A stretch of DNA of 64,000 nt from Macrostomum lignano. Lineage: Eukaryota. The stretch is taken from the NCBI GenBank assembly GCA_002269645.1, contig NIVC01002271.1:124103-188102 (forward strand), read 5' to 3'. Below, piece after piece: positions 11,820 through 23,987 of the stretch; positions within the stretch are counted from its first letter, which is position 1; each line of letters begins with the position of its first letter. The notes beneath the pieces were generated by a model. That model was not told the DNA's origin. It did no database searches and saw only the letters and a list, made by a program, of their open reading frames with translations. The position numbers and the translations under genes were made by a program.

Positions 11820-14497
11820 GTACTGTGTACCGAAAGAATCCGTGGGCCTTTAATAAGGCTGCTGTTTTACGTATAAGCAACTTCACAAATGATAAACTCT
11901 GACAAGTGACAAAGGTGTTACTGACAAGTGCGGAAATTTCAAGCAGACGGCATCCTCCACATAGATGCTTGAGAGTGCACAAAATGACAACTGGATTTCG
12001 ATCGCTTCATAGACATCAATTAATTATGCTTCAAATTTAGTCCCCGAAATGAAAAGCGCAAAACGATGATGTAATCAGTGTAGCCATCTCATCAAAAAAC
12101 ATCAAAACACCGGGTCGTTTTTCCTGCTAATTAAAACTCATTGACTGCACGTAGTTATGAATAGTGTTGTTTCTCATACGCATGCAAAGATGTTAAAAAT
12201 TCAGAATGTGTATTTTACTGCAAAGCTCAAACCTATGAAAGTTTTACATTTTACACCAGCCTGATTTTTTAATCGATTTTTTATCCGCCTGCTAATCTTT
12301 TATACATGTATCGGGTTCTCTATTTTTTCAAACTAGTTACTAAGATTATTTTGATATCATTTCCTGCATTCATATACATGTACGTGTGTAAGAGAACAGA
12401 TATTGTGAGCTGCTGCATGTACTCGTAAATTGTAGCCAATTACTTTTTTTGTGGTAAATAAAAAATAATTGACAGCTCAAAAAGTCACTGTCTAAACGCG
12501 CGCACAAACCCTATACTTGGCATAATAATTTAATTTTTTGTTGTTTTGTTGCTAAATTTGACTGACGATGTTTTTTACTACGACACGGACATGTCTGCAA
12601 ATGGTTCTATTTAAACAAAATAAGTTTTTAGAAGTTCTCGAAATTATAAAATCTAATAAACTGAACGATTAGTAAGCAGTAAAATTGTAAGATACGCATG
12701 AGAATTCATAAAATTTGTCGACTTTGATTTACAAGAATAATGTGGTTGACTAAAAATGCATGAATTTTTATGAAAATGATTTTCTTTGATTGGTACGTGC
12801 TCATAACAGTTACTGATCAAGCGTAATTGATATAGTTAAATATATCGGACGATTTTGTAACATAACTACATTTAATTGGTCGCATAGCTACCTTAATTTT
12901 TAGGCTTCGGCACGTGATCTGTGTTAGAGTCTGCGTTAGCAACATGCGTGCAACTACAAGATGTAATAAAAAGGGGAATTTTCATAGAATACTGACTGAT
13001 GTTATGGCTACTGCTTCGGCATGTTCAATAAAAGCACAGCAACATTCAGAAGAAACTTCAGTGGCTATTATTGAACTACAAGCTGTACAACATGCAATCT
13101 TAATACAATAGTAATCAATCTTCATTAGCATGTACATGCAAATATGTGCAGGCCGAAAATTAATATTGACGAACTATCGTCGCGTTTAAAATAATTTTTA
13201 GTTAGAAACTGTAAAAAGTTCAAGAAGTACATGTACATGTATCTACTCAGCAACATTGAAAAGTCGCCACCATTTGCCTCAGCATGAGCAGTGTGTCTAT
13301 TACTGACCTTTCGACCAGCGTCTATCACCTAGCCAACCATTTTGATATAAAAAATTATTGAAAAAACACAATGAAAACCGGGCGGAAGCTTCAATCCATC
13401 CAATCTTCGCCCCGCCGCTCTTCCCAATCCCTCCTCACCGAGTTGCGTACCTCACTCAAAAGTCAATTCTGAGCTAGAATTTACTGCGCACTCTTAAAGG
13501 TGGCGAATTTTTAATGTTGTTGAGTATAATAATAAATATTAAGCTTAATTCAAATAATATTGTTATTATTAATTACTTTTATGAGCAAAAAGGCGTATGT
13601 TTTGTTTAAATTAGGAGTACTTTCATAAGAAACTCCGTGCCAAAAAATCTGATACGTTGCATAGCTAAATTTAGTATAAAAAGCAAATTATTTTGTTATT
13701 GTTTACACACGAAAATAACAGCTTTAAAGATTAAATGTAGCTTCTGAATGTATATTGACATATAGAAGTGGTTATAAACAGAAAATAAGTGCACCATGTA
13801 TTTACAGTGCGCAAAAATAATGGTCGATGAATCATTATCTGTCCCGCGAAAAAGGGCCCTGCTGGGAGCTAGGAAAGACGTGAATACTGGCGATTGGCTA
13901 ATGTACATTGGAACGCCTGAGAGGGGGAAAGCTTATCTTTACAAAACAATGTACATTCCCGAATTCCCGAGCTATCAGCAGCAGTCTTGGGGTTAGATAA
14001 AATCTTAAAGCGTACAAACCGGCAATGTACTTTTATGTAGTAATTGCCATTCAAATAGGCTAAAAACCTATTATAGGGTTGAAAACCATAGGCTAGAATG
14101 CTTATCTTCTCGATAACGTTTCAGTAATCTTCTACTAAAATAGATACTCGTACTCCACCGTCAAGCAGACATTAAGCCATTTCCTTCTAGCTGTGTAAGT
14201 AAATTTGTACATTCGAAAGTCTGCTAGTTTAAAAATAGGAAAGTAAAGTAATGCATCAACATATACACTCCAGAAGCCGGGTCCAGGTCACGTGCTTCGT
14301 TTTAGATAAAAAAGAACCAATCACGAAGCAAAAACAATTAGAGCCACCCCTAAAACCGTCAATACAAGTATTCTAGGAGTACATGTAATGTAGAACGTCA
14401 TTCAGCAATCAGCAATCATTTTGCGATTGATTAAAAATAAGTTGAGCATTCTTTTGAAGTCAAACATAATACTCCATCATGCAATGATAAAAGCAGT

Positions 14498-17400
14498 TCA
14501 ATGGCTTGCTAGTTCGGGCTTTGCTTTTTTATTTTCGGCTGTCAATGCCGCAGCAGCTGCGGCAGCTGCCGAATCGGCTTCGATGACGCAATCAGCTAAT
14601 TTCGGATCATTCTGCATCACTGACCTGAGTAGTCTGTTGAACAGCGACTCCCAGCGACTGTCGCTGCTGTGTTCGTCGCTGTCGGAAGTAACACCGGCTT
14701 CAGGATCTGCTGCTGCTGCTGCTGTCCCTGCTTCCGCGCTCGCTGGTTTCCTGTCCAAGCAGAGCATCTGCGGCGCCGCTGTCACGGCCTTATTCAATAG
14801 GCGAGCGCAGTAGGACTCCCACACGATTTTGTCCTCAGCCAGGCGGCGAATAATTTGCAGCAGCTCTTTCTTGCTGCGTGAATCGTCTCCGAAGTCATCA
14901 ACTAGGCGTTGGTGCTCGGCCTAAGTTTTGTTTGAGAGTTATCATTGTTGTTTGACCTGGTAGCACTGCTCATTTTCTTTACGCACATCTGGTAGAACTG
15001 CTCATGCATCTACTCCTTTACTCACATCTGATAGCAGTACTCATCTACTCCTACTCACACCTGGTAGGGACTGCTCATCTACTCCTACTCACACCTGGTA
15101 GGCACTGCTCATCTACTACTACTCACACCTGATAGCACTGCTCATCTACTCCTACTCACACCTGGTAGGCACTGCTCATCTACTACTACTCACACCTGAT
15201 AGCACTGCTCATCTACTCCTACTCACACCTGATAGCACTGCTCATCTACTCCTACTCACACCTGGTAGGCACTGCTCATCTATTCCTACTCACACCTGGT
15301 AGGCACTGCTCATCTATTCCTACTCACACCTGGTAGGCATGCTCATCTATTCCTACTCACACCTGGTAGGCATGCTCATCTACTCCTACTCACACCTGGT
15401 AGTACTGCTCATCTACTCCTACTCACACCTGGTAGTACTGCTCATCTACTCCTACTCACACCTGGTAGTACTGCTCATCTACTCCTACTCACACCTGGTA
15501 GTACTGCTCATCTACTCCTACTCACACCTGGTAGTACTGCTCATCTACTCCTACTCACACCAGGTAACACTGCTCATCTACTCCTTTACTCACATCACAC
15601 CTTGGTAACACTGCCCCTCTACTCCATTACGCTAGTACCCACACCTAGTAACATTGCATGCCCACCTATTTCTCCACTCACTAACACTGCTCAATGTTAC
15701 GTTAGTCTCATTTAGAATGCACAATTCTTGGTTCTCTGAACCGTCGCTCACCTGCAGCTCCTCGAGACTCTCACGCATCGCCAGCGCCTCCCGCTGCGCC
15801 CGTTTCGCCTCTTTTTCAGCGTGCGCCGCCTGCCGTTGCAACTTCAAATTGGCCCTCTTCATTTCCTCCCACTCGCTGAGGCTCTTCTGACCGTCAGCGC
15901 GATTCTTACTGAGCACAACTTTCTCAACGCGAAGCTCGTCAGCTTTGGCGCGGATTTGGGCGATGTCCTGGCGCGATCTGCCCAGCTCTTCTAGCAGTTC
16001 GTCGCAGTAAGCGTTGCACCGGGCCAGTTCGTCTTCCTTCTCGTCCAGCTCGGCGTCTTTCTCCTGCAGATCGTCCAGCAGTTTGCTGGTCTCGGCTTCG
16101 AATAATTCTACCTGCTGTCGAAGTCGGCTGTTCTCGTCTTCGTATCTGTGCAGCTTGTCGGTTAGTTTGAGCATGTACTCAACCTTGATTTGATGGTGGA
16201 GTGCTTATTAAGTTAGTTAATTAGTTTGCACTCTGAGGGCGATGATCAGGACGAAAGCCAAGTCTGCTGTGATGTCAGCATTCTCTGTTCAGTGTGTCAG
16301 TATTTTAGTGTCAGTTGGTGACAGTGTTCTAGTGTCAGTGTTCTAGTGTCAGTTGGTGTCAGTGTTCTAGTATTAGTTGGTGTCAGTGTTCTAGTGTCAG
16401 TTGGTGACAGTGTTCTAGTGTCAGTGTTCTAGTGTCAGTTGGTGTCAGTGTTCTAGTATTAGTTGGTGTCAGTGTTCTAGTGTCAGTTGGTGACAGTGTT
16501 CTAGTGTCAGTTGGTGACAGTGTTCTAATGTCAGTTGGTGACAGTGTTCTAGTGTCAGTTGGTGTTAGTGTTCTAGTGTCAGTGTTCTAGTGTCAGTTGG
16601 TGACAGTGTTCTAGTGTCAGTTGGTGACAGTGTTCTAGTGTCAGTTGGTGTCAGTGTTCTAGTGTCAGTTGGTGTCAGTGTTCTAGTGTCAGTTAGTGTC
16701 AGTGTTCTAGTGTCAGTTGGTGTCAGTGTTCTAGTGTCAGTTGGTGTCAGTGTTCTAGTGTCAGTTGGTGTCAGTGTTCTAGTGTCAGTTGGTGTCAGTG
16801 TTCTAGTGTCAGTTAGTGTCAGTGTTCTAGTGTCAGTTGGTGTCAGTGTTCTAGTGTCAGTGTTCTAGTGTCAGTTGGTGTCAGTGTTCTAGTGTCAGTG
16901 TTCTAGTATTAGTTGGTGTCAGTGTTCTAGTGTCAGTTGGTGTCAGTGTTCTAGTGTCAGTTAGTGTCAGTGTTCTAGTATCAGTTGGTGTCAGTGTTCT
17001 AGTGTCAGTTGGTGTCAGTGTTCTAGTGTCAGTTGGTGTCAGTGTTCTAGTGTCAGTTAGTGTCAGTGTTCTAGTGTCAGTTAGTGTCAGTGTTCTAGTA
17101 TCAGTTGGTGTCAGTGTTCTAGTGTCAGTTGGTGTCAGTGTTCTAGTGTCAGTTGGTGTCAGTGTTATAGTGTCAGTTAGTGTCAGTGTTCTAGTGTCAG
17201 TTGGTGTCAGTGTTCTAGTGTCAGTTGGTGTCAGTGTTCTAGTGTCAGTTGGTGTCAGTGTTCTAGTGTCAGTGTTCTAGTGTCAGTGTTCTAGTGTCAG
17301 TGTTCTAGTGTCAGTGTTCTCTGTTCACTGTGTCAGTAGTGCATTCACACCTCAGCCAGACCTTCAACAAGATCTTCAACCTGAGTCACACGAGCTATCA

Positions 17401-17786
17401 CCTGTTCTGTCGCCTTATTCGTGGCCACTTGCACTTCCCGCTCCCTTCTATCGAGATCTTTCTGCTTGGCCCTGGTTTCGTGTCCCAGCATCGCCAGACT
17501 GTGCGCCAGCATCTGCCTCCTAGTCTGAACCGACACGCCGCGGCCGTAAGTCAGGCTCTGAGTCATGCGTCCGTTCCGCGGAAAATCCGCGGAATTTCCT
17601 TCTTCGTCAACAACTTCGCCGCCGCCATCCTCTCCGTTGGCCTGCTGTCGATGACTAGGCAGACTGTGCGGCTGCGACTGATGAGTCTGCAGCTGGCCGA
17701 AATTTGGCGGTTTCGTTGATGTCGGCGACGGGACCTCGCTGATGGCTGACATCGCCATGGGGTGGTTGTACAGCTCGGCTCCTGTG

Positions 17787-17819
<33 letters not shown>

Positions 17820-17968
17820 AACACCGAATCTCGCTCTGGCTGGCTCATTGAATAGCCTTGATGATGTGCTCGTTTGAGAAAAGTGTTGTGCGACGTTAGC
17901 GACTCGTTTGAGATGCCCGAGTCTTCACCGTCCAATTCGATTGCGTGGAACATTGGCTGGTGCGCCAT
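14498..17968 (-). CDS. Coiled-coil protein with C-terminal FIP-RBD-like (Rab11-FIP/ELKS-type) motifs; exons 17968-17351, 16183-15752, 14920-14498
   Basis: Three phase-0 exons joined by GT-AG introns. Poly-Q N-terminus, long E/K/L-rich coiled coil, then SKKELLQIIRR...WESYCARLLNKAVTAAPQML and RWESLFNRLLRSVMQNDPKL, which resemble the RBD-FIP pattern LEDYIDNLLVRVMEETPNIL. Gene structure is more certain than the family call. Confidence 0.6.
15010..15600. repeat. 33-bp intronic minisatellite (CTGCTCATCTACTCCTACTCACACCTGGTAGTA)n
   Basis: About 17 units between exons at 14920 and 15752. Confidence 0.95.
16285..17320. repeat. 24-bp intronic minisatellite (GTGTCAGTTGGTGTCAGTGTTCTA)n
   Basis: About 40 units with internal GTGTCAGT subrepeats; fills the intron 16184-17350. 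Confidence 0.95.
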
Positions 17969-18056
17969 TCAGCGCTGAAATTGGTTGGAAAGAATGCGAA
18001 AATTGTTAGTCGGAGTAGCTTCACCATAAACTCAGAACGGGTCGTGAGTGAATAAT

Positions 18057-18160
18057 CAAGGTGATCTCAGATGACTTGAGGTGTGTGAGTCAAGGTGATC
18101 TCAGGTGACTTGAGGTGTGTGAGTCAAGGTGATCTCAGGTGACTTGAGGTGTGTGAGCCA
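18057..18160. repeat. Three copies of a 34-bp repeat (TCAAGGTGATCTCAGGTGACTTGAGGTGTGTGAG)
   Basis: Direct tandem copies just 5' of the LINE insertion site. Confidence 0.85.
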
Positions 18161-18186
18161 AAGGATATTCAAGTACCCAAGGTGAA

Positions 18187-18472
18187 GCACGCGAAGGCGT
18201 ATTCAGCATGCCAGTGAAGTATGAGACAGACTAGGCCCATGGGCTAAGGTCTGCGATGCTTCACGCCTGCCCCTATCTTCAGCAGGTCAAGGCTGGTGGG
18301 AGGTCTGCACCCTCTATTTGCCTCTGGCAGCCGCAGACCCCCCCCCACGCTGTCTCGCAAGTCGACCCAGGGTACTCGTCCCCGCGTGTGTTCAAGGCAG
18401 TCCCTAGGGCTGCTGGACAGACTGGGCTCCGGCGCTGGCGACCCTATCCAGTGGCTTCGGCCGAATTTGGGT
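18187..18472 (+). ncRNA. Predicted HDV-like self-cleaving ribozyme at the LINE 5' end
   Basis: P1 GCACGCG (18187-93) with CGCGTGT (18383-89), including the G1-U wobble; P2 ACCCA (18365-69) with TGGGT (18468-72); P3 GGG/CCC around L3 TACTCGT; P1.1 AC (18374-75) with GT (18390-91); J4/2 CGAA at 18462-65. Confidence 0.75.
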
Positions 18473-18704
18473 ATGCGGGTCTGGCTCGCCAACCTGCAGG
18501 CCGTGGTACTGCTCAACGTACTCTCTAATGCCTAAGGTGTTGACCGTGCCGATGGGCTGGAAGGCCGGGGAGTAGTCCGGTCGCAAGCGGTCCCCCTCCT
18601 GGTGTCGGGCCAGCCTTGAGGGTGCTATTGGCCTACTGCCCGGTCAGGTGGAGCGGCCGGGTGGGTACCGCGCCCCTTTGAGGGTAGCCCACCAACCTTT
18701 TATC

Positions 18705-20225
18705 ATGGCCTTCGAGCCGACTATGGATAAACAAGCTATTTCTAGGGACGGGGACCCTTCTAAACCCCAACCTCAGTCCGAAGGACCGGCCGGCCCTGCT
18801 GGCAGATCCCAACCGACTGATTCAACTGTGGCAAAGGAAGGACCGGCTGGCTCTGCTGGCAGATCCGACCAGAGCTACCAAACTCAAAATACCCTAAGAC
18901 CTGCCAGCTCCGCTGGTGGATCTAAGGGAACCGCGAGCTCTGAGCCTAAAGGACCGGCCAAATCTGGCAGATCCGATGAAGCTCAGCGGGCTCGGCTTGA
19001 GCGCAAACGCGCTAAACAACGCGCCAAAAGGCAGGCCAAGAAGGGAGCTGCGGGGGCCAAAGCGGCGGCGTCCACCATGGATGCTGAAGCGACTGGAGTC
19101 CCAAGGCAACCAGGCGGGCCGGCCGGTGGAAGCTCCAGTAGTTCAGCGGCGGCGCTCCCTGGAGCTGCTGCCGCGGCTGCTGAGGCCGAAACCACGGCGC
19201 AACAAATGGCCACTGCCAACAAGGAGGTTCCTTCGGGAGCTACCTTTGCGGCGAAGGCCAAGGCCAAAATCCCGGGAGTGATCATCCAAGGTCGCGACCA
19301 GGACTGGACCACTGATCAGCTTCAAAAAGTGTGGAGTGCTGTTGACTCCTATCTGATTGAGCTGACTGTCGAGGAGGGAATCTCCATCGGCGTTGAGCGG
19401 ATGGTGCTGCGAAGCACATTCGTTCTTATTGCTCCTAGCAGCGAGGAGGACGCTCGGCGGCTGCTCCAGCGGCTACCGACGGTCTCCTTGGATGCTGACC
19501 TTGGTGGAGCTCTTTTTCTTCGCGAGGGCCAGCGTCCAAAGACGATACCCTATGTGGTTTTCGTCCCTGCTAAGAGCACCGCAGCTGGACCAGACGTTAT
19601 TCGCCGGGTCCTACTGCGTCTGAACCCCGACCTCCCTGCTAGTGGACTGGTGTATCACCGCAAAGTCCGCAGGGGGGAGACGGGCAACTCAATTGTCCTC
19701 GGCCTTTCCAGCACTTGGGCGAGTCGGTACCCTAATGGATCCTCTTTCCAGCTGGGTGCCCTCAAGCTCAAGTTGCGCCGAGGAAAGTCTGCCAAAGGGA
19801 AGGCTACTGCCAACCCCGGCATCTCCGGCAAGAGCGGGGCGCAGTCTAAGGCCCAAGGAAAGGCGCAAGCCGATCCCAAAGCCAAAGCTGCATCTCGCCC
19901 CTCTGCTAGCAGCAGTTCGGCGACCGCGGTAACGGCTCCGGCCGAGCCCCGGGAACCAAACCTGCCAGTCGGAGAAGGAGTTGAGGACGAGGCCGGGTCT
20001 TCGGAATCCGAGCTCTCCTCGGCCACCTTGGTGGGGTCTGAAGGTAAAGATGCAGGTGAGGAAGCTTCCTCCATCCTGTCATCGGAGCCTGAGGACTCTG
20101 CTGGGGGGGCCGGTGGGGTGAGGAGGCCATGGACGTCGACCAACTCCCATCTCCCAGTCAAGCCCCAGCGGCCTGGGACGAGGACGATCTGTTGTCCAAG
20201 TCTCCTTGATGGCCCTGGGCTCTAG
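18705..20225 (+). CDS. LINE ORF1 (no CCHC knuckle; central region resembles DUF4780-type LOA ORF1)
   Basis: Open frame from GTG 18648, first ATG 18705. Low-complexity K/A/S ends; core TFAAKAK...YVVFVP...VLLRLNPDLP. Domain name is recalled, not searched. Confidence 0.75.
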   Translation: MAFEPTMDKQAISRDGDPSKPQPQSEGPAGPAGRSQPTDSTVAKEGPAGSAGRSDQSYQTQNTLRPASSAGGSKGTASSEPKGPAKSGRSDEAQRARLERKRAKQRAKRQAKKGAAGAKAAASTMDAEATGVPRQPGGPAGGSSSSSAAALPGAAAAAAEAETTAQQMATANKEVPSGATFAAKAKAKIPGVIIQGRDQDWTTDQLQKVWSAVDSYLIELTVEEGISIGVERMVLRSTFVLIAPSSEEDARRLLQRLPTVSLDADLGGALFLREGQRPKTIPYVVFVPAKSTAAGPDVIRRVLLRLNPDLPASGLVYHRKVRRGETGNSIVLGLSSTWASRYPNGSSFQLGALKLKLRRGKSAKGKATANPGISGKSGAQSKAQGKAQADPKAKAASRPSASSSSATAVTAPAEPREPNLPVGEGVEDEAGSSESELSSATLVGSEGKDAGEEASSILSSEPEDSAGGAGGVRRPWTSTNSHLPVKPQRPGTRTICCPSLLDGPGL

Positions 20226-20248
20226 CCAGATATTGCATTTAATACAGT

Positions 20249-23200
20249 ATGACTAAGCTCCACGCTGCCAAAGGAGCGACATTCTGTCTGCAAATAAATT
20301 TACAGCATTGCGTATCTGCGTCAGTAAATCTGATGAAGATTGCTGAGCTGTACAGGCCAGGCCTCATCCTGATCCAGGAACCCTGGATGCGCAACGGTAA
20401 GTTGCCCAACATTCCCTCTGGCTACTCTGATTTTTATGTGTGTGGCCCGGGGAACAGCCGCCCTAGAGCGGCTATCCTCGCTGCTAGCCATCTCCAGGCT
20501 TGGCTGAGGACTGATCTCTCTGATGGAGACCTTTGCGTCATCCAATCTAATCATTTCTCTCCGCGTACGTGTCTTGTTGCCTCGGTTTATATCCCAGGCG
20601 ACAGAGACCCTGCTCCGAGAGTTTACTGCGCCTTGCGCAGTACTGCGAGTCCCAGAACGCTGAGCTGTGCTTAGGGGGCGACCTCAACGCGCACCACAAG
20701 CACTGGGGCAGCAAAGATACCAACACTAGAGGAGAGGAGCTTCTGGCCCTCATCTCTAACACAAACCTCATGCTCTGCAACCGCGGCAGCACTCCTACCT
20801 TTAATAATGGCAGATGGACCGAGGTCCTCGACGCCACACTCGTTACCCCAAGACTCTTTGACAGAGTCAAGGAGTGGAGAGTCTGGTCTGAGGAGCCCTC
20901 CCTGTCTGACCACTGCTTTATCGCCTTTAATATCGCGGACACTAAAACCCAGTCTCCGATCACTTGGAGACGCAATATCCGCAACACTGATTGGGCGGCC
21001 TACAAGGCTGCCCTTGATCTGCACCTGCAGGAACTCACGGACTTACGTCCGATTGAGACCTGCGAGGATGTGGATCATATGGCTGAGACGCTGACAGGTT
21101 GCATTATTGCAGCCTACGAAGCGGCTTGTCCTGCTCGCGCCTACAGAGGCAAGACCTCGGCGCCGTGGTGGAACCCGGAGCTGGGGAAACTCAGGCGGAA
21201 GGCCAAAAGCCTTCATCGCCGTGCCATGAAGACCGGAAACCCGGAGGACATGGAGCTTTTCCGGCAAGCCTCCCGCAATTTCAAATCTGAAGTGCGCAAG
21301 GCCAAGGAATGTAAGTGGCGCCAATTCTGCAATGAATTGGATCAAGACAGACCTACTTCTAGGCTTGTCAAGGCCCTTACAATGGACAAAATGTCCAAAT
21401 TAGCCATGATAAAAAAGATGATGGCTCTCTTACTAAAGACCCTGAAGAAGTGCTTCAGCATATGCTTAGCACATTCTTCCCGAGGGTACCTACTGCTAGA
21501 CCGGAGCCCAACCATTCGATGGATGGAGCCACCCTAGCGGCGGGCATTGTCACTGAAGACCTAATCGCTCGTGCGGTCAGAACCTTCAAACCCTTCAAAT
21601 CTCCTGGACCTGATGGTATCTACCCTGTTCTCCTTCGTGAAGCAGCCAAGATACCCTCGTTCCTGAGACTCACCCGCAATCTTATGCGGGCCTCTATCCA
21701 GCTGGGATACGTTCCCAAAAGCTGGACTGAAGCTCGAGTAGTCTTTATTCCCAAACCTGGGAAGGGTGACTACCAAAGCGTCAAGGCCTTCCGGCCAATT
21801 AGCTTAACGTCAGCAATGCTTAAGCTCACTGAGAGGCTTATTCTCTGGCGGCTGCTCTCCTGCGAGCTGACAGCGATGCCCCTCAGCAATAATCAGCACG
21901 CCTTCCGTACCGGGAGGTCGACTGACAGCGCCCTGCATGCGATTGTCGAAAAGATTGAACGGGCGGTACTGGGTGACGGTTACGCCCTGGCTCTCTTTCT
22001 TGACATTGTTGGCGCCTTCGACAACGTTATCTTTGAAGCGTTTCAGAGGGCCCTTCAAAATCGCAAAGCTCATGCTACCCTCATACGGTGGATCATGTAC
22101 ATGATCTCCAACCGTACGGTCACTGCCCAACTTCTTGGGCAAACTGCCTCCACCAGAGTCTGTAAGGGTGGACCCCAAGGCGGAGTCCTCACCCCGACGC
22201 TCTGGAACCTGGTCATGGACGCTCTTCTGAGTGACTCCCGACCTGACCCCGTCTTCAAAGTCGGGTATGCTGATGACGTCACGGCCATTGTGGCAGGACC
22301 GTCTCCCAGCACGCTCAGGGATCTGATGCAGAGCTTTATCCGCAAAGCAGAATCCTGGGCCAATGACAATGGTTTGGAACTCTCTGAGCCCAAAACCGTT
22401 GCCATTATGTTTACCAGCAGACTACGCTGGAACATACGTCCTCTGCAGCTCTACGGCAGAGATATTGCCTTCGCGCACCAGACCAGATGTCTCGGGGTCA
22501 CACTTGACCACCGGCTCAACTGGTCCTTCCACGTGAAAGCAAAAGCTAAGCGTGCCTCAGCCATCCTGGCCCAGCTCCGACGAGCACTTGGCACTTCTTG
22601 GGGTCTATCCCCAAAGCGGCTTTGGTGGATCTATACTTCCGTAGTTAGACCTGCCATTACGTACGCCTCTGTTGTCTGGGTTAGCGCTACCCAGGTCAAA
22701 AGCCATGCAGACCTGCTCAACACGATCCAAGGCAGAGCGTGTAGGCTCATCTGCAACGCCACCAGGTCCACGCCCTTTGCTGGCATGGGGGCCTTTCTTA
22801 ATCTTCCGCCTCTTGACCTCTTCATCAGGGGTGAGGCGGCTAGAACGACGCGGCGTCTAATTGATGCCGGCGTCAAATTCATTTACATGAGAGCACCTGC
22901 TAAGCGGAACCTTGTCCCGCATAGCGATCTGTGCCTCAACTTTCTCAACGAGTGTCAGGCCAATCGCGTCTTCACCGATGGCATTGCCTCAACGCTCAAC
23001 CTGAGACAGCGCTACTCCGTAGCTATCGACTCGCGCGATAACATCAATGACCATTGGAACCCTGGTGAGCTTCATTGCTACACCGACGGTTCTAAGCAGT
23101 CAGCCAACACCGGCTTTGGTGTTGGAATCTTTCTGAACGGGAGGGTCATCGCTACCCACGCTCAATACACTGGGGTCAACTCCAGTGTTTTCCAAAATGA

Positions 23201-23987
23201 AGTTCTGGCCATCAGCTCCTGCACTGCAGAGCTTCTCGCCACTGGCGTTACTGGTAAGAACATCATTTTCCATTCGGACAGCCAAGCTGCCTTGCACGCC
23301 ATCAGTGGCTGCAGCACCAACTCTGCTACAGTCCTTGACTGTATCAAACTCCTCAATGTGTTGGGTTCCGCCAACAAAATTACCCTTAAGTGGGTTCCGG
23401 GGCATGTGGGGATCCGAGGAAATGAGTTGGCTGACACCCTTGCAAAAGTTGGTGCCTCCGGCTCCTCTCTCGGCCCCGAACCTCTTGTCCCGATTCCTGG
23501 CTGTGTCATCGACTCGCGCATCAAAGCGTGGATCAGGACTCAGCACCGCTCGACTTGGGCGAACCGCACGAACTGCAGGCAATCCAGAGGCGCTGTCCCT
23601 CAGCCCTCTCACCAGCTCCGGAAGCTCCTCTTGCGCCTCTCGCGCAGAGACATCCGGGCTGCCACCATGACCCTCTCTGGTCACGGCTGCTTCTCCAGGC
23701 ACCAGTACCTGCAGGGCAACGCCACCAACGCCACCTGTAGTTTCTGCAACTCAGGTGACGAAACCGCTGAGCATTTCGTCAGCATCTGTCCCGCCTTCAC
23801 GCGGGCCAGACTCACTTACCTCGGGCCACACACATCTATTACTGAAGCGTGCAAACCCGAAAACTTTAATCAGCTCATGCGCTACCTTCGGGCCACCCGC
23901 AGGGCTGAACTCTCCTTTCCAGAGAGCACCATAGCTGCTGGCGACACTGGGGGACCTCCCTGGGCGGCGCCAACCCTCCGTCCATAG
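20249..23987 (+). CDS. LINE ORF2 (APE endonuclease, reverse transcriptase, RNase H, C-terminal Zn motif) with two 1-nt frameshifts
   Basis: APE: CLQINLQH, LIQEPW, GGDLNAHH, LSDH. RT: KSPGPDGI, FRPISLTS, LDIVGAFD, PQGGVLTP, GYADD. RNase H: YTDGSK, EVLAI, SDSQ, GHVGIRGNELAD. Zn: CSFC...HFVSIC. Frameshifts near 20616 and 21411-21416. Confidence 0.92.

Noticed and set aside
12000-14400. Short ORFs in the AT-rich region between otopetrin and the coiled-coil gene
   Set aside because: No homology cues or coding-like composition; treated as intergenic or UTR.
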